Below, piece by piece: positions 11,201 through 26,200 of a stretch of 64,000 bases of DNA (positions within the stretch are counted from its first letter, which is position 1; every line of letters starts with the position of its first letter). A program made the translations under genes and the position numbers. The stretch is taken from positions 15,391,417 through 15,455,416 of the forward strand of contig JASCQW010000133.1 in the NCBI GenBank assembly GCA_030264375.1, given 5' to 3'. Below the pieces are notes generated by a model that was not told the DNA's origin, did no database searches, and worked only from the letters and a program-made list of their open reading frames with translations. Source of the DNA: Carcharhinus longimanus (Eukaryota).

Positions 11201-14200
11201 NNNNNNNNNNNNNNNNNNNNNNNNNNNNNNNNNNNNNNNNNNNNNNNNNNNNNNNNNNNNNNNNNNNNGTTTATTTATTATCATTTGCACCTAGATTATG
11301 ACTTTCAAATTTTGCAATTTTGAGGATCAGAGCTTTTTAAAGTTTATGATATTAATATGCCCTTTATTTTTTTTTAAAAGTTAATTTGCAGAAGGTATGT
11401 ATTGACCTAGATGTAGAACCCTTTAGCTGACGTACATGTGAATTGGAGCTGAACCAGAAAATGCAGCCACTTTCTGCAATGCTCATGTTGCCAGCACAGG
11501 CAGATGCGCTTGGAGATTCAGCTTTTGTGTAGCATTATATGTCCTCTATGTAAAGGTTCCATCCTTTTCCTTGTGTTGCCATTGACTATGGTTTTGTCCT
11601 TAGGGATTGATGTGTTTAAACAGGCAGTCCTTATGTTTATGAGCGGCTTAAATTTTAATACTCCAAACTGTCAATATTGGTTTTGGTGCACTAATGTAAA
11701 ACTGTAAACTTTCATGTAAGTTGAGCGTTTTCCTGAAATAAGTGCACCCTTAAAACCAAGTTGTCCACGAAATGTGTTATTTCTAAATTATAATTGTGCT
11801 GCAATCTATAAAGATAACTTCACAAAAATTTCTGATATTTCAATATTCTTGTCAAGCCTCGTGTGTTATTGGAGCTGCATTTATCTATTTGTGCCTTGTA
11901 GATGATTGGCTGGCTTTGGGGTTGATAGTGATTCTGCCATGGTCATGAATGCCAAGGTGATATGGTTAAATTACATTAGAGATGGCTACTGACTGGAGCA
12001 AATATTACTTCTGAGCAATGCAGAAGAAAGTTTTTGAAAGCATATTTATAGCTGTGTACTATTTAGCTTCTGCTATTTAACTCCAATAAGAGTGCTAGTA
12101 GCACTGACTACCTTCAAAGAATGAAGAACAAATCTGCAGGACGCTTGTGGGCAACCCTGAAGTAGGGCGGCACAGTGCTACAGTGGTTAGCTGTGCTGCC
12201 TTTCAACACCAGGGTTTGACTCCTGGCTTGCGTCACTGTGTGGGGTTTGCGCATTCTCCTTGTATCTATGTGGGTTTCCTCCCACAGTTCAAAGATGTGC
12301 AGGTTAGGTGGATTGGCCATGCTAAATTGACTCTTGTGTCAAGGGGACTAGATACGGTAAAATGCATGGGGTTATGGGGTTAGGGCCTGGGTGGGATTGG
12401 GGTTGGTGCAGACTCAATGGACCAAATGGCCTCATTCTGTACTGTGGATACAATGATTATATAAATAATTGGGGCATTGAAAACATCAGCCTGTATTTGT
12501 AAGGCTTTTCATAGTGAACTGTCAGTGGTCATTGGTTACACTTTTGAATCTGGCCGCTTATTTTCTGGCAGCGCATTTCCTGTGGAAATTATGAAGTTGA
12601 GCTCTATCATCCATTGAGCTGCCACAAGTTGTGCACTAGGAGCTCTCCCAAACCAGAAAATTAGCAAAAATAATTGATCTGGCAAGGGATTTTCCTTTTC
12701 CACACTATTTGCTGCTTGAAACATCATAAAAGCTAAGCCTGGTTTAGTGAGATGTAACAAATGGGGATTTTAATGGTGATCTAGGTAATTACTTCTGAAC
12801 AACTGACCTGGCCCTGAAAGGTTTGTGAAATGTTGTCTGCATTAACGACTAATTACTATTTTTTTAAACTAGCATTTTTAGATAATTAAATAAATTTCTC
12901 ATTTCAGCTTCTACTTTCATCCCAATCTTTATTTCATTTGTGTATGTGTGCATAACAAATTGAAAAAATTGATTTGACTATTCATGCTTTTCACTACCTG
13001 GTTGGCTTTCTAAAAAGTCTTTAATGTGGTTCTCTGCTTAGGCATGAGTGCAATTCAACTGAGGTTCCATAAATTAGGCTGTAATCAATTGCATGTTAAA
13101 CTCGTTAAATTTGCAAAATCTCTGAAGCTTTCTTTAAGATCAGTGATGAAAGTCATTGTGTTTTTAAATTTCCTTTGCACACTTTTGTTTCCTTGTTACA
13201 AGGAAATATTGGACATGGCAGGGAAAAAAGGCTATTTGTCAAACGGAATGATCCAATCAAATAATGAAGTGTCAAACTCTTTTGTATTTAATTGAATGTT
13301 GGTGGGCATTAACAGGAATTTGCTTGAGCTCCTTAATCATTTGAAACTATGGTTGTGGCATTGAGGTGCATGCTTATGTCTGCCTTTGTAAATAAATACT
13401 TCAGGTAAATTGTGCCCCATAAGTCTCTGAAATACAGAATGATTATTTTTCCAGCCCCAAAAATAATGTTCCTGCATTTTTACTATATAAATTGAACCGT
13501 CTTTTCAGTCATGACTGCTATATTCATATTAGTAGTCACCTCAATTTTTCAAATATCTGGCTGCATTACCAGTACTGGGTGCAAGGGATCAAGTGGGTGA
13601 TGTGTAATGAAGGTGCATGGAAGTACAGGACACTCCTACTTGTTGTATCAGATGCTGATGATTTTCAAAATGGCAATTGCCCACATTGGAAGTTCACTTT
13701 TATACTCTGTATACATGTAGGCTCTCATTGTTGGAGGGATCCTGAGGCTTCAAAGATAAGACTTAAACACGGATTTATATGATGTAAATGTATGTAAAGA
13801 TTGGCTCTAGTTCTTTGCTTCAACATTTGGCTTTCTGCGTAGGAAATCTATTCCTTTCCAATCGGTGGTGAATACAATGCACCTTGAGGATGGATATGTT
13901 GGGCAAAGTGACATGATAGGTGGCAGAAGGTCATGTGATACCTGCAGGAATATATCCAGAGGGCGACCAGTGATCCTTTAGTAACAATGACATGTTAAAA
14001 ATGATGAGCTTGCGCCAGGAGCAAAGTGAGTGCTGGTTGACTTTTGAATGTGTGTATATTTAGTGATTGCTTTTGACATCAGTAAATGTAATCATTAGCT
14101 GGGAGGAGCGCATCGCGAAAGCCAGGCAGAAACTCGGCTTGTGGGAGCAACGCTCGCTCTCCATAACAGGGAAAANNNNNNNNNNNNNNNNNNNNNNNNN

Positions 14201-17200
14201 NNNNNNNNNNNNNNNNNNNNNNNNNNNNNNNNNNNNNNNNNNNNNNNNNNNNNNNNNNNNNNNNNNNNNNNNNNNTGAAAAAAAATTGTAATCATTAGCC
14301 TTTGATGCATCCACAACAATACTTGGCGCACATGTTTTCAAGATCACTTGTACCTCCACTTCAGTTTGGACGCATTAGCATATACATTTGAAACAAAAAT
14401 ACTTCACAAAATAGCAATAATCACTAGAACAAAATATTACTTAGTTCTTAAGCAGCTTTTACTTTTCAAAGATATGGCATGGTGATAGTTGGTGCTGATA
14501 GTTAGTGTTATCTGTTGCCCTCCCTGTTTAATTCATTCACAATACAAGTAAAAGTAACATTTATTTATTAGTCACAAATAGGCTCACGTTCACACAACAA
14601 TGAATTAACTCTGAAAATCTCCTAGTCACCACACTCCAGCGCCTGTTCAGGTACACTGAGGGAGAATTTAGCATGGCCAATGCACCTAATCTGTACATCT
14701 TCGGAATGTGGAAGGAAACAGGGCATTTAGTTCTTCAAATGAAATAGCAAGAAGCTGCCAGACTGTTATGAATAAGATCAGTCAGCTTAACGTCAACAGG
14801 AGGAAAAATAATAAAATGTGAATACAGAGTTTGAACAAACAATCACAGTCCAAGCACAATGACATCAGATTTTCTGCATCGATGTGCACTGTATTAATAT
14901 GCTGCAGTTTAGCACCTCAGTTCTGTGCGTTATTATTGAAAATGTCCTCATGACTTGTATGGCTTGGAGCTTTGAGAAATAGCATGGTGTGAGTGATGGC
15001 TTTTAACTAGTCTGACTCTGAATGATAGTAAAGCTGGCAGCTTTGAGTAGTGTTGGTACTATTAAGGCTCTTGCCGATACTGTCAGGTGGATTTGTAGAT
15101 GTTAGGATATCATGGTGATGATGGACGAGACAATAAACTGGATTCTGCACATTCATAGGTTCACAGTTACTCTGTTCTTTCATTAAGATAATGGACTTGC
15201 ATTTGCCTGCAGAATTCACCTGGTTTGAATTCATTTCAAACAGATGTCCTTTTATTATTTTGAAGGCCTAATGAAGTTTGACTGAAATGCTTTCTGTGGC
15301 CATATATGAGATATTGGTAGGTTCCAGATCAATAATTTGAATTTGATCATTGTTACTTTTTACAGCCCTTTTACAGATACAAGTATGAGCTAGCTCACTA
15401 AACCTTTGATGTCATATAATGTTTACATCAACACTGTAGCCGTAAACGTGATTTTAATGCATTTTTTGTCATCTGAATGATTCCACATAACCAAGAGTTA
15501 AAACTGAAATTGGGATTTTAAAATGCGCCAAAAATGTTACATGCTTGAAGCTGATGTCTTAATGAAACAATGCTGTGAAATGTATGTAATTTAATTTTTC
15601 TATGTTCCTTGTGTCAGTCGTCATATTCCTGGGGGACTCAGTTGGCTGGATGGTTTGTTTTATGTTGGAGTGAGGTGTGATGACCCTCAGGTTAAAATCA
15701 CCACTCGCCAGCTTTTCCCCTTGAAAGGAAGAGCAGCCTGTGGTCAGCCTATGGGAGTATGGTGACTTTTCATTTCTTGTGGCAGTATGCTTTAATGCAA
15801 AATTTGGCTTTAGATTTTGCAATGAACATAAAATGAATTTGACAGCTATGTGATGAGAGCTGATGGCCATTGAGCGTAGATGTAGGAACTGACTGCCCAG
15901 GTTTATTCTTCAGGGGCAGGAAGTCTTGAAGTCAGCAAATACTACCTGTTCCCTGAGCTTTGAATCATTTACATTTCTAAGTTTAACTAATGAACTTGCA
16001 GGCTGACTGCATGTAAAGCAAAGAACATCATAAGAATAATATTCAAATTTGCAATAAAAGTGTTTGTGTTGCAGCTATTTCAAAGGGATCTTGAGAAATT
16101 TAATCAGTGCCCAGAATTCCCCGAGATACACCAAAGTTTATGCTGATCTTCATGTTAGTGAGTTAATGTCAACATTTCCTAATAATGTCATAAGTGCACT
16201 TTGGTTGGAAACAAATGGGAATCAGCATATGTTGTCAAGAGAAAGGAGACAAATTTAGGCTGTGTTCCTCCTTTAATTTTGTCATGCATAAAATTGTAGT
16301 TTGAAGGCATCAAACCAACATTTATGCAAATTGATTCACAGGAGGCCATTCCCAGCCTGTCCACTCTGCTGGCTCTAAAGGAGCAATTCACCGTGTGCCA
16401 TTCTGACGCCTCCCTGTAGATCTGCAAATTCTTCCTTTTCACATAATGCAATTTTCTCTTGAATGCCCTGACTGAACCTGTCTCCATCACGCAGTCAGGC
16501 AGTGCATTCCAGATTTTAACCATTTTGGCACATGGAAAAGTTTTTCCTTAAGTTATCATTGCTTATTTTGCAAAGTACCTTAAATCTGTGCCCTTGATTC
16601 TCGATCCTTCCACCAATGGAAACAGTTTCTCCTTAGCTACTCTATTCAGATTCCTCATGATTTAGAATACTTCTATCAAAGTTTCTCTCAACCTTCTTGA
16701 AAGAAAAGAGTTCTGACTTCTCCAATCTATTATTTAGCTGGTTCTTGGAATGAGGAACTTGATTCTTACGATTTCTTTTCAGCACTCTCTATAATACCTT
16801 CTGTCCTTCCTAAAGTGTCTGGAACTGAATATGCCCCGCTCCAGCTGGGGCCACACTTGTGTTTTATACAAGTTTAACATAACTTCTTTTGCTTTTATTC
16901 TCTATCTCTATTAATAAGGCTTAGGTGTGCTGCTGTCAGCCTGTCCTGCCACCTTTAGTGATTTATGCCATTTCCCATTTGCTTCAGCCCCTGTGCTCCT
17001 TTATGATTGTACACTTCGTTTGTACTCTTTACATCATATTGTCTCTCTCTTCTGTGTTCTTTCTGTCAAAATGAATGTGTTCTTGCTGTCAAAATGAATC
17101 ACTTCAATCTTTTCTGCATTGAATTTCATCTGCCACCTGTCTCTCCATTCCATCAACCTGTCTTAGTTATTTTGAAGCTGTAGGCTATCCTCAGGATTCA

Positions 17201-20200
17201 GTGTTTCCAAATTTTGTATTGTTCACCAAGTTCTAGTTCAGATCATGAAGACTAGAGGACCTGACGCTGACCCCTGGGGAACTCTACTATGACTCCTCCA
17301 GCAGCCTCTCAATTTCTAGGAGTGTAATGGAGTCAATATCTAGAGAATTGAGCTCTTGACGGGGACTGAGTGCAGTGCCTTTAGTTTTTGTAGTATTTAA
17401 TTTGAAGGAATTTCTGATTTAGTTTTGGATGTCAGACGATAATTTTGGTTTTTGAGAATGTTTTAGAAATATGGGTGATAACCATGCTTAATAATCTACC
17501 TACTTCAAAATGAATTTCACAGTGTGAAAGATACATGAATGCGTGTTATGTTAAGTACATATGTAGTCAAGAGTTATATACTGAAATTAATCGGCTAGGA
17601 CAAACTTGAGTTGCTTTATTTTTGCCTGAAGCTCCATTTACTTTGTTACAATTCTTGAATATAAATGCATCTTTATATAATTATAAAGATTGCATTTTAG
17701 CAGCCAAGGCTAGTTTTGCCTCACATTATACAACCCATGTTCTAATTTTCAACTTTGTTTGCTGTTCATTTGTAACACCACCGATTCTGTGTTGTAACAA
17801 TTCTATGGTTCCCAGAATGTTCCTGGTAGGAAGAATGGGATTAGTACACTTCACCATAGGTTTAGTCATTTGGTAATCTATGTAATTATAGCCACTTTAA
17901 AAAAATTAATGAGTTGGAATGAATACCCAATAAGGGTTTTGTCTAGACAAACAGTCAGTAGTTCTTACTGCAATTCAGTTCCTGTTTAATCAGTAGTAAT
18001 ATGGTGAATAACATTAGCCGTCACTGTGACAGCAAGCTTTTCCGTACTGTGTGGAAGACACTGTTGTGATCTCATTCTGCTACAGTTTTGGCACTGTGAC
18101 AAATTTGAAAAAGTACTTTCACGGGCCCATGAAATTAAATGATTTTCAGCAAAGTAGCAACAATTTGTCACTTTCCAACAGCTAGGAGGCAATGCATTTT
18201 ATTATTCAGTGTCTTGATTCCGGGACCATGTTATTGCTCTAAGTGAATCATCAAGGCTTTTATGGCTTTATTCTGCTTTGATTTTGCCTGTGTAATTTTC
18301 CATCAATGAGGCTCTGTCTTTTTGTTTTTTCTGATACAACCTGCTTTTATTGAACAACTTGAACTGCCAGTATTCTGACACTCTGAGTGTCTATGATGAC
18401 ACCAGATAGTAGTTCTGTGCCCACTAACTTTTACAGTGATTTTGATTTTTATTTAATTGTGGCTGCCTTTAAAATATTGTAATTTGTCTGAATGTCAAAA
18501 ATAACTATTGAGGCAAAATTGTCAGCTGCTAATAAACATCAGCTACCTCTGCACTTGTCATAGCTTGTAAGCATAACTTATTGTTTGCAAGCCTCTAGTT
18601 TTTATAACAGTGGTGCCAGTTTGCACAAGACAAGCATTAAGAAAATGTGATTAATATCCAACTCAGTTGCAGTCAGTGTGGCATATATAAATAATTATAT
18701 CAAACAATATCTCTACAAGTTAGTACAGTTTTTGCTATATTGGTAATTATTTATTTTATTTCTTGCATTTGAGCTGCAAGTTTATAAGACTTATTCACAA
18801 CATTCAGTTTCTTCCTTGAATCAATTCCAGCTTAAGGAATTGTTATCTGTGTTTGCCATAGATTCTTAATAGCCATTCTGATTTATCACTATGGTGTTTT
18901 AGTTGTAGTTATATACTTGAATAGCATCTGTTTTTATTTTGAGTTCTAAGGTTTGTCACCTTTATTTCAATGTGTCTCCATCACAGTAAAATGTGGAAGG
19001 CTTCTATAATTTCTTTTCAGTTTGGCCTTTTCTCTCGAGACAAAATAGGGTAGAGTATAAGAAAAGGAGACTGAGTACGCGATGTATTCATGGTGTTTGG
19101 TTCCATGTTAATTTAAACTGATCAAAATAAGTAGCATACATCTCAGGAATCTGGTGCAAAATATAATGTAGTTAAAGAGCTTTGGGAAATGAAATGTGAA
19201 AAATTTCAATTATTCTATGATTAGCAAGATCATGATTGTGTTAAACTGGTGTACCTTGCCACATGCGGTTGAAAAGTCCTGGTAACCTTTTTGGCTGAGA
19301 TGCCTATCCATAATAATTTGAAACGCTTGTAACATTTTAAAGGCACAAGTCTTGTGGTCAGTATCAAAAAAAAATGTTCATTGTTCACCTCAAATCCCCA
19401 GACTTTGTGGGCTTTGAGTAGTAATGTGCAGTATTTGGATATCACCTCCAGCACAGTGTCCTATACAGGGGATTGCTGGTGTGCATAAGCCAACTCTGGA
19501 TCTATTTCTGGAGATTTTACCACATGATCTCTTGCTTTCCAAGGGATGAATAGCATTTCAGTCAAAAAAGTCTCCTTCAGTGCCATTATTATTGTCAATA
19601 ATAAATGATATTGTCCAAAGAAAATTAAATAAACATTTTTTTCTGTCTTAATGTTTTTCTCCTTAGTTGTTTGGCACAGTGCCTGGGGGATTTAACTTTT
19701 CAAAACCAAGAGATTCTAGGGAATTCCTGGTGGGGGGCAACCTTGCTTGTTGTAGCTTGAAACTCAAGTCCTAAAATCACCTTCATTACTATTGATTCCA
19801 ATCATCGAAAAGTGAACCACGGGGTTAGATTAATTAAGTTTGATGTTTGGGCAGTGGATAAGAGAAGGCATCAATTCCATTGAAGGCTCTGATACATTAA
19901 CAGGAGTAAAGATAGATACAGCAAGGTGGAAATTGTACATCAAGTGGTGAACCAGTAGTTTAAAAAGTATTTATCACTCATGTTGATAAACATTTGAAAT
20001 AATTTGTCAGACAAATTAGTAGTCAGAAGACATGGACATCTTTGAAACAATTTGACGTTAACCAGAATGACATGGGAGAGAAAACTTGGATTGATTGGAC
20101 CTTTCAGCATTATATAAGATATGGCATTTCTTGCTAGTCACATTTAGCCCTTGACTCGTTTTGCATTGGTTGCAATATTGTCGAATTCTGCTACTGATGG

Positions 20201-23200
20201 CCACTTAAGGAGTTTCCTCATCTCTAAATAATTTGCCAGGCACATGTCACTTTGGTGCAGAGGACTGATTATGGATGGCACCACACGTGAGGTTGCTGTG
20301 CAATGTTCTGACAATATCTCATCTCATTGTGCACGAACTGGAGAGCTATTTTCATCAAGTGTTGATACACCAACCACTGCAAGTATCTGAGACGTACTCT
20401 TTCAGTAGTGAACTCTGAGGTTTAATGTTTGTCTGCTTGCTTAGCATATCTTGTTAAGTTAATAGACTGTGAAAATCATCATATAGAATGTTAGTTTTTT
20501 ATCAGATTAATACAAGATGTTTTCAGGTGTATTTTAAAGGAGACAAGTACAGTGGAGACATAGGGATGGAATTCCAGAGTGTAGGATCTAAACATCTCAA
20601 CATATGGCGAATAATGGTGGAGCAATGAAAATGAGAGATGCTTGTTCAGAATTAGACAAACAGATATCTTGAATAGTTGTGGGGCTGAGCAAAATTATAG
20701 AGATGAGAAGGGACAAGGCCACTAAAATTTTCATTTTTTGAAAAAAAATGAGAATTTTAAAATCTAAATTACTTGACCTGGAACTGATACAAGTCAGTGA
20801 GCACTGGGGTGATAGTCAAATTGGACTTGATGAGTACTTGATTGAGTAACAGTGTTCACTTGCATATGTTGTTTGCACTTCACTTCAGTGACCATTTCAG
20901 TGGGATAATTATCAGGGATGAGAAATTTCTGTCAAATGGCTCAATTCCCATAATTAAAAAGCTTTTCTGATGTCTGCTGCCTCCTCTCAACTTTTTATGT
21001 AAATCATTGAGTACATAATTTTTTTTCTCACTGCTTGAGTCTGATCCTGCTCATTGCCCTCACTATTGACTGCTAATGAATGCCAGCAATGACAGCATTC
21101 GTATTACATAGAACACTACAGCACAAACAGGCCCTTCGGCCCACAAGTTGCGCCGATCACATCTATACCTACCAAGACATAGNNNNNNNNNNNNNNNNNN
21201 NNNNNNNNNNNNNNNNNNNNNNNNNNNNNNNNNNNNNNNNNNNNNNNNNNNNNNNNNNNNNNNNNNNNNNNNNNNNNNNNNNCTCAATAGCTTCCACATC
21301 CTTCCTGTAGTGAGGCGACCAGAACTGCGCACAGTACTCCAAGTGGGGTCTGACAAGGGACTTAGAAAGATGCCCCCAAATCATGTTGTAAACCATGAGT
21401 GTCTGCTTGTGTTGGCTGTTGAGTGAAGGAAACACATCCCGCCCTCCTCATTTGATTATAGCTGATGCTTCAGTTGGGTTCATATCTCAACATAAAGAAA
21501 GAGAATAAGTGGAAAGTCATTTATGCATGATGTGCACGTGTTAAAATACTGAGGTCCCTTTGGTGATTTTTGATTGTGATCCTTGATGGTGATAGAAGGT
21601 AAGCAAAGGGAAAACTAATTGAAGCCTAATAATTTGTTCCACTCAAAGTGGTCTAGAACCAATTGAATTCAATACATGGTATAAGTGGTATTATTACATG
21701 ACTCTTTGACATACAAAAATTTCAGACCTTTTTGGTTTCAGCCCCTCATCCTCGAATAATATTTGAAATATCATCATAAATAGATGATTGGCAACCAGGA
21801 ATGTTATCTGGAGATTGAATTCATGAACATGGATTGCTGACCATAGTTATTCTTAGGCGAGTAGAGTTAGAGCCAAGTTGCATGATTTTCAGAAGTACAG
21901 TATCACTGTAGAATTGAATTATATTGTGATTGACTTCCTTAATTTTTCCAGCAATAGAATGCTAAATACACAATTTATGTGCATTAGTTAGCCACTCAAC
22001 GTAGCACTGGAACGATTTGCAGTTAATTGTGATCAACAGCAAAAACAACCTGTGTGTTTATAACACCTTTAGCAGAGGATATAAAGTGCTAAGATTCTTC
22101 AGACAGGCACAAAGGGAAAAAGGTTAGGGTTAGGCTCAAAACTGCCAAATGCTCGATTGAGAAAAAGATGAAAGACTGGATGTATTACAAAGGTACCTCG
22201 GAAGTTGAAGGAATGGCTACCATTGGTGAAGTTAGGGAAGAGTCAAAATATTGGACTTTTAGGAGCAGTTAGAGAGGTTGTAGATATTGGGGGGATAAGG
22301 TCTTTGAGAGATTTAAACACTCGGATGGCAATTATAAATTTGCTACCTGATGGGACTGACAACCAATGTAGGAAAAGCAGAAATGATGGATGAGTTGATC
22401 TTCCTATGGAAGACAGACAGACAAGGTTAAAGATGGATAAAAGCAAATGACTGCGGATGTTGGAATTAGAAACCAAAAGAGAGAGTGCTAGAAAATCTCA
22501 GCGGGTCCAACAGCAACTGTAAGGAGAGAAAAGAGCTGATGTTTGGGATCCAGATGACTTTGTCAAAGCTAAAAGGCGTAGAAAGTGGGAGATAATTATA
22601 CCGCAGGGTGAGGGAATGAAACATGAATCATAGCCACAGAAATCAGAGGAAAAGACTGCGAATAACTGTTCACAGAGGGAATAAAGGGTGTGAATGGCAA
22701 ACAGCAGAGGAGCTAAAAGAGAGGGTAAGCTGTGACAGATAAAGATGTTTGGGGGATGGGGGAGAATGGATGGGACAAAGGTAACATTTAGAAAAGGGGG
22801 AGAAAAGATAAGGGGGGAAAGAGTTGGGGGGGGGGGAAGAAAAATGAAGAAAGACAATAAAAAAAATGAAAGGTTAGAGATGAGGAAGGGGAAAGCCATG
22901 AAGGGATTTAAACGCAAGGATGAGAATTTAAAATTTTATTGCTATACTGGCAGTAACTGTTGGCCAGCGAGCACAGGTGATGGGAAACGGGACTTGAGGC
23001 AGCATTCAAGCAGTGGAATTTTTAATTAATTGAGATTTATGAAAAGCAGAACATCAGAGACCATCATGGAAATGTTGATAATGCCAAGCGTGGAGGTGAC
23101 AACTGAGTGTTTTAGCACCTGAATTGTGAAGGAAGGGATGGAACTGGCCAGTGTTTTGAGTTCTGTAATTTTTATTGGAAGAGAGCAATGAAGTCAAAAC

Positions 23201-26200
23201 CTCAGCTCTGGACTGAATAAAATATTAAGGTTATAGGAACAGAAGACACTGGCTGAAATACCCTGGCTAGAATTGGTGGATGAGCGTAGAGACAAGTCCT
23301 GGTGGTCCCACTGAACTGAGCTAAAGAGGGCAAGTGTTGGAGGAGCATGATGTAGCTAATGGTGCCCAAGGTTGTATTTGGCTCAGAGACAGGTGATATG
23401 CTGTCCCTCAATCCTAAAGAAGTTTCATGATGTTAAATGGGAATATTTGTGGTCTGGGATGCTGGAAACCTGATTGGAGATTTTCAATCAAGGAAATGCT
23501 GGAAATTTGGTCATGGATCTGGGAGGTGATAACAGATTCAAAGAAAACCGAATGGGAGGAAGTCAAGTTAGAAATGGGTGGTAGTTTGTAAAGACAAAGC
23601 TTGAGGGTGCCATTTATCGAGGAACGATTGCTGATGGTGGTTTAAAAGGATTGGGATTGCGTCTGAGCAGGAACCATTTACTATGGAGACCTGGAAGAGA
23701 TGAGTAGTTTATTGGGAATGGAGTTGAGGAAGGAGGAGGTTAGTCCTGAGGTAATGAGTTTGGGAGGGTTTACAGGAATGGGACGAGCAGGAGAATAATG
23801 TAAATTTTGGGCCCGGGAAATTTGGATTGGTGGGAAAGTAAACAGACAGCTGAATGAATAATCTGATTATATTGCTGAGAAATATATTAGATTTTTGCAA
23901 TTTTTGGAGCAGTTTGTGGAGGAGGCAGGGGAGACAAGTTTCAGGAAGCAATTGGTTGTGGGGGGGCAGAATTTGGGAATTGTGTTCAACCTCTATAATG
24001 AGCAGCAGATAAGTTTAACAGAGAACAACCAAACAAAGTAGGGACATGTTCGGCACAACTTGTGGGCTGAAGGATCTGTTTGTGCTGTAGTTTTTCTATG
24101 TTCTATGTTTAAGGTCTTTAAGCTGATAAAGTTGATGGGAACTGAAGTCAAAAAATCAAGTGAACTGTCTGCATCCTAGAACATCAAGGGAATTTGGGCA
24201 GGAATGGTCAATTGAGATATTTAAAAAATGTTTTGAATATCTGAATTTTGCTAAACGACTGGAGAATTGTAAAAACATCTCTGTTCATGACTTCAATCTT
24301 TCTGGTTTAATCAGTCGGTCTTAAATTGGTTGGGGAACACTTGTCTGTAAATGCAATGAAATTAGTGAAAACTTGGATCCAAGGTCGTAGAATAATATAT
24401 TTGTTTTATATGAGGAAGTTGAATGATCAAAATGTGGTGGATGTTATGTGTATGGATATTTGAGAAAATATTTCCAAAGCATGAGGCTCTTTGCAGAAAT
24501 TTAGATATGCCACTGAAGGCAATATTGCTGAATGGGTAGAAAATGACTTCGAGCAGAAAACCAAAGATAGTTTAAGATGTTTTGCATACTGATATGTGGA
24601 TAATCGTGTGCCTCTGGGACCTCTGACCTGTTGTTTCCATTGTGGACAAGGGCAGAAGTGTAATTATATACAAGGTTGCTTATATCAATTTAAGGGACAC
24701 AGTTTAATTAACTGGGCTGATGGTAGATGTGAAATAACATTTTGGGGAAGGAACAATGAAAATAAACATTCCAAGTGGGAAAAAATCTTAAGTGGAGAAA
24801 CAGCACATTATAACTCGATAGTACTGTGATGCTAATAAGTAAAAGACAATTAAATTCTATTTGCTATCATGTTGGCATGGAGAGTTAGCGGAAGAATTTT
24901 TTCCAAAGGTTTGTGATTGGTTATAAATAGACATAAATAGAATGAGCATTCAGAATCATGGGGAAATTTGAGCAATGTTTATCAGCTGGGATTCTTAACA
25001 GCGTAGACTGCTTTACCTTGCAAATGATCTTTGATGTAGAAGCACATCATTTAAAAGGGATTTGGTCATTATCTGAAAAGGAAAAAAATTTAGGCGTATA
25101 TGGAGAGTAGCTTAAAGAGAATAGCACCAGTATTGGTTTGATGAGTTGTAATTCTTGTGGTTCTTCAAGAATAATAAGTAAATATGTCAAGGCAAGAAAG
25201 ATGAAATGAGCAACTAAATAATTTGCTCACTGGAATTAGTTGATTTAATTGGAAGTGATCACAAACAGTACTGTTTTAAATTGTGACTGAACTGCCTTCT
25301 GGAAACATCATCTGAACTTTTTATTCGAAAAGCAGCATGATTTATTTGCAGTACAACTTGAATGGCTAGTTTAGGAGTGATACTGTCAGCATGCTGCAAA
25401 TACGTAATGGACAGTTAATGTTGAAATGCACACTGTGGACAGGAAATAAGTAACTGGTGACATGAAGTGTGATAAGTTTAACATCTTCCCACATTTCACT
25501 GGTTTACTGTTTTGTTTGTTTTTCTATTGCTGCACCAAAATGCCTCTGACTTGTTTTCTTTAGACAGATGCGTAATTCATTGGTTGTTAATTTCAAATAC
25601 TTCAAACCCAAACAGATGAAAGTTAATTTCAAGCCATTCATGAATGAATTTGAGGGTTTCGCTTTGGGAATTGATGCAGCCAACATTCATATCCGATATC
25701 TTCCCTTTCCTTTGGCATAATATCAGCAAAATGGAACCTAAGTCTGGTGGCATTGATATGGCCAGGTTATGAAGAAAATAAAATTGAATTATGTCCATTT
25801 CAAGTTTTTTATAAATCTAAATAATGTGGGTGCTTGTTAATTCCACGTCAAGTAGATTTTTAAGAGATCAAAGAAATCTTAAATTAGGTGTATTTTTGAC
25901 ATTTACAGGATTTGTTTGAGTTTTTAAAAATTCAGTAATTTAAAAGAAATAAAATGGTTTCATGTGAAATCTGTATGCCTCGACTTATTAACACTTATGT
26001 GCATGAACCAAGTTTCATAATTGATAACAAGCCATTTGAAGAGCTTCTCCCAGGATGCATACTAAACTCATGTTCACTCAGTGTTATTGCTGTTTTTATA
26101 GAAGGCATTTTGGACCTTAATGTAAATACTAGTCAGCCTTGGAGTTTGGAGACTGGACTGTTAATTAGACTTGGGGCAGAATTATGTTTTGTTTAAAAGT

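Noticed and set aside
20241-20390. Exon-like open stretch after tttgccag
   Set aside because: The available donor is weak and out of phase, and the peptide resembles nothing I recognise.
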